Positions 39,694-42,478 of a stretch of DNA of 42,478 nucleotides are shown piece after piece; position 1 is the first letter of the stretch, and each line of letters opens with the position of its first letter. Below the pieces are notes generated by a model. That model worked only from the letters and a program-made list of their open reading frames with translations. It did no database searches and had not been told where the DNA came from. Origin of the DNA: a virus (lineage: Duplodnaviria; Heunggongvirae; Uroviricota; Caudoviricetes); the IMG/VR virus record IMGVR_UViG_2698536308_000013; one strand, written 5' to 3'. The position numbers were made by a program, and so were the translations under genes.

Positions 39694-40495
39694 GCAACCA
39701 CCAATCGCAAAAGCCGATCTGCAAAAAACTCAGGGAAACCGTGCACCAGCAGCAATTAAAAATAACGACGTGATTAGTTTTATTAACCAGCCATCAATGA
39801 AAGAGCAACTGGCAGCAGCTCTTCCACGCCATATGACGGCTGAACGTATGATCCGTATCGCCACCACAGAAATTCGTAAAGTTCCGGCGTTAGGAAACTG
39901 TGACACTATGAGTTTTGTCAGTGCAATCGTACAGTGTTCACAGCTCGGACTTGAGCCCGGTAGCGCCCTCGGTCATGCATATTTACTGCCTTTTGGTAAT
40001 AAAAACGAAAAGAGCGGTAAAAAAAACGTTCAGCTAATCATTGGCTATCGCGGCATGATTGATCTGGCTCGCCGTTCAGGTCAAATCGCCAGCCTGTCAG
40101 CCCGTGTTGTCCGTGAAGGTGACGAGTTTAATTTCGAATTTGGCCTTGATGAAAAGTTAATACACCGCCCAGGAGAAAACGAAGATGCCCCTGTTACCCA
40201 CGTCTATGCTGTCGCAAGACTGAAAGACGGAGGTACTCAGTTTGAAGTTATGACGCGCAAACAGATTGAGCTGGTGCGCAGCCAGAGTAAAGCTGGTAAT
40301 AACGGGCCGTGGGTAACTCACTGGGAAGAAATGGCAAAGAAAACGGCTATTCGTCGCCTGTTCAAATATCTGCCCGTATCAATTGAGATCCAGCGTGCAG
40401 TATCAATGGATGAAAAGGAACCACTGACAATCGATCCTGCAGATTCCTCTGTATTAACCGGGGAATACAGTGTAATCGATAATTCAGAGGAATAA
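39686..40495 (+). CDS. recT: Single-strand annealing recombinase RecT, 269 aa
   Basis: Starts [28 protein letters not shown] as recalled for K-12 RecT; overlaps the recE stop. Confidence 0.9.
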   Translation: MTKQPPIAKADLQKTQGNRAPAAIKNNDVISFINQPSMKEQLAAALPRHMTAERMIRIATTEIRKVPALGNCDTMSFVSAIVQCSQLGLEPGSALGHAYLLPFGNKNEKSGKKNVQLIIGYRGMIDLARRSGQIASLSARVVREGDEFNFEFGLDEKLIHRPGENEDAPVTHVYAVARLKDGGTQFEVMTRKQIELVRSQSKAGNNGPWVTHWEEMAKKTAIRRLFKYLPVSIEIQRAVSMDEKEPLTIDPADSSVLTGEYSVIDNSEE

Positions 40496-40550
40496 TTCAG
40501 CCTGGCGGTGTAATGCACCGCCAACTTGAAATATTTTTATGAGAAAAATT

Positions 40551-40700
40551 ATGAGATATGACAATGTTAAACCATGTCCATTTTGTGGTTGTCCATCAGT
40601 AACGGTGAAAGCCATTTCAGGATATTACCGAGCGAAGTGTAACGGATGCGAATCCCGAACCGGTTATGGTGGAAGTGAAAAAGAAGCACTCGAACGATGA
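40551..40700 (+). CDS. ralR: RalR/Lar-like small protein, apparently truncated to 49 aa by an in-frame TGA
   Basis: MRYDNVKPCPFCGCPSVTVKAISGYYRAKCNGCESRTGYGGSEKEALER then TGA; the frame continues NKRTTGNNNGGVHV, which I recall as the K-12 RalR C-terminus after a Trp codon. Confidence 0.55.
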   Translation: MRYDNVKPCPFCGCPSVTVKAISGYYRAKCNGCESRTGYGGSEKEALER

Positions 40701-40725
40701 AATAAACGAACCACTGGAAATAATA

Positions 40726-40926
40726 ATGGAGGTGTTCATGTATAAAATTACCGCCACTATTGAAAAGGAAGGTGGCACTCCTACTAACTGGACAAGATAT
40801 TCAAAATCTAAACTAACGAAATCAGAATGCGAAAAAATGCTCTCAGGTAAAAAAGAAGCAGGCGTTTCCAGAGAGCAGAAAGTAAAACTGATAAATTTTA
40901 ATTGCGAGAAACTTCAGTCCTCGTGA
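40726..40926 (+). CDS. ydaC: YdaC-like small protein
   Basis: MEVFMYKITATIEKEGGTPTNWTRYSKSKLTKSECEKML... between ralR and xis as in Rac. Confidence 0.6.
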   Translation: MEVFMYKITATIEKEGGTPTNWTRYSKSKLTKSECEKMLSGKKEAGVSREQKVKLINFNCEKLQSS

Positions 40927-41025
40927 ATTGCATTGTATTCAAATTAAAACTTCATAGCTGATTATTAATAATCAACATCGGGCGTCAATTTAAGTCTAAC
41001 ATTGGCGCCTGCCAGAGGTGATGCG

Positions 41026-41241
41026 ATGGCACAAGTAATCTTTAATGAAGAGTGGATGGTTGAATACGGCCTGATGCTTCGCACTGGTCTGGGGGCCAGA
41101 CAAATTGAAGCATACCGCCAGAACTGTTGGGTGGAAGGCTTCCACTTCAAACGAGTATCTCCTTTAGGGAAGCCAGACAGTAAGCGAGGGATTATCTGGT
41201 ATAACTATCCAAAGATAAATCAGTTTATCAAAGACTCATGA
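41026..41241 (+). CDS. ydaQ: Excisionase (Rac YdaQ/XisR-like)
   Basis: 71 aa from [23 protein letters not shown]; stop immediately before the integrase start. Confidence 0.7.
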   Translation: MAQVIFNEEWMVEYGLMLRTGLGARQIEAYRQNCWVEGFHFKRVSPLGKPDSKRGIIWYNYPKINQFIKDS

Positions 41242-41242
41242 T

Positions 41243-42478
41243 ATGTCTAAATTACCAACAGGTGTCGAGATTCGAGGTAAATACATTCGCATCTGGTTCA
41301 TGTTTCGAGGAAAACGATGTCGGGAAACATTGAAAGGCTGGGAGGTTACTAACAGTAACATTAAAAAAGCCGGGAATTTAAGAGCGTTGATAGTTCATGA
41401 AATCAATTCCGGTGAGTTTGAGTATTTAAGACGTTTTCCCCAGTCCAGCACTGGGGCAAAAATGGTGACAACGAGGGTCATAAAAACGTTCGGGGAGCTT
41501 TGTGATATCTGGACAAAAATTAAAGAAACAGAGTTAACAACAAACACAATGAAGAAAACGAAATCACAATTAAAAACACTCAGGATAATAATTTGTGAGA
41601 GTACTCCGATATCGCATATTCGTTATAGCGATATCTTAAACTACCGGAATGAACTGCTGCATGGAGAAACGCTTTACCTGGATAATCCAAGATCCAACAA
41701 AAAAGGAAGAACCGTGCGCACAGTTGATAACTATATCGCCCTGCTCTGTTCGTTGTTACGTTTTGCGTATCAGTCGGGATTTATATCAACCAAACCATTT
41801 GAAGGAGTAAAGAAATTACAGAGAAACAGAATAAAGCCTGACCCGTTATCTAAAACAGAATTCAATGCATTAATGGAAAGTGAAAAAGGACAGAGCCAGA
41901 ACTTGTGGAAATTTGCCGTATACTCCGGGCTTCGTCACGGGGAACTGGCTGCTCTGGCGTGGGAGGATGTGGATTTCGAGAAGGGAGTTGTGAATGTCAG
42001 AAGAAACCTGACGATACTGGATATGTTCGGTCCCCCAAAAACAAATGCGGGGATCCGGACGGTAACACTACTGCAGCCTGCTCTTGAAGCACTGAAGGAG
42101 CAATACAAACTGACCGGGCATCATCGCAAAAGCGAAATCACTTTTTATCATCGGGAGTACGGCAGAACCGAAAAGCAAAAACTGCATTTTGTTTTCATGC
42201 CCAGAGTGTGTAACGGAAAACAGAAACCTTATTACTCGGTAAGCAGTTTGGGTGCGAGATGGAATGCAGCAGTAAAACGTGCTGGTATTCGCCGCCGTAA
42301 TCCGTACCATACGCGGCATACTTTTGCCTGCTGGCTGTTGACGGCAGGAGCGAACCCGGCGTTTATAGCCAGCCAGATGGGGCATGAAACTGCGCAGATG
42401 GTGTATGAAATTTACGGTATGTGGATTGATGACATGAACGACGAACAGGTAGCCATGTTGAATGCGCGGTTATCGTAG
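41243..42478 (+). CDS. intR: Tyrosine-type site-specific integrase (Rac IntR-like), 411 aa
   Basis: C-terminal catalytic region with HTRHTFACWLL...GHETAQMVYEIYGMW (H-x-x-R and Tyr nucleophile pattern); last gene of the early operon; stop at window end. Confidence 0.9.
   Translation: MSKLPTGVEIRGKYIRIWFMFRGKRCRETLKGWEVTNSNIKKAGNLRALIVHEINSGEFEYLRRFPQSSTGAKMVTTRVIKTFGELCDIWTKIKETELTTNTMKKTKSQLKTLRIIICESTPISHIRYSDILNYRNELLHGETLYLDNPRSNKKGRTVRTVDNYIALLCSLLRFAYQSGFISTKPFEGVKKLQRNRIKPDPLSKTEFNALMESEKGQSQNLWKFAVYSGLRHGELAALAWEDVDFEKGVVNVRRNLTILDMFGPPKTNAGIRTVTLLQPALEALKEQYKLTGHHRKSEITFYHREYGRTEKQKLHFVFMPRVCNGKQKPYYSVSSLGARWNAAVKRAGIRRRNPYHTRHTFACWLLTAGANPAFIASQMGHETAQMVYEIYGMWIDDMNDEQVAMLNARLS

Noticed and set aside
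1-42478. CRISPR array or other regularly spaced direct repeats
   Set aside because: No repeat-spacer periodicity seen anywhere; the only large repeats are the replication gene copies and IS ends.

Overview
This 42.5 kb window is almost entirely a lambdoid prophage that closely resembles the E. coli Rac prophage, but with intact structural and lysis modules; it is given in the opposite orientation to the K-12 convention. From left to right on the minus strand: tail genes (gpL partial, gpM, tape measure, G/GT chaperone with a -1 slippery site, tail tube, terminator and completion proteins), head and packaging genes (connector, major capsid, scaffold, Mu-F-like protein, portal, TerL, TerS-like), a ParB-like plus glycosyltransferase-like pair, trkG, a phage-21-type lysis cassette (pinholin, SAR endolysin, Rz/Rz1), two paralogous lipoprotein morons, a Q-like antiterminator and two nin-type DUF genes. 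A low-GC island follows (about 23.4-27.3 kb) holding a 28-aa hydrophobic peptide ORF, a yeaR-like gene behind an NsrR-type palindrome, and a two-gene operon of unknown function that is my best candidate for an undescribed defence or abortive-infection system. Right of it lies a replication module (ydaS/T/U/V-like) with duplicated, diverged O-like and DnaC-like genes, an IS3-family element and two N-gaps sitting exactly at repeat boundaries, so its structure is not trustworthy. The window ends with the immunity gene (racR-like) and the plus-strand early operon (sieB opposite, kilR, ydaE, racC, recE, recT, truncated ralR, ydaC, xis, int). No rRNA, tRNA or CRISPR array was found. All calls rest on reading the ORF translations, recalled family features and sequence motifs; no database search was run, and gene symbols are from memory of K-12 Rac.
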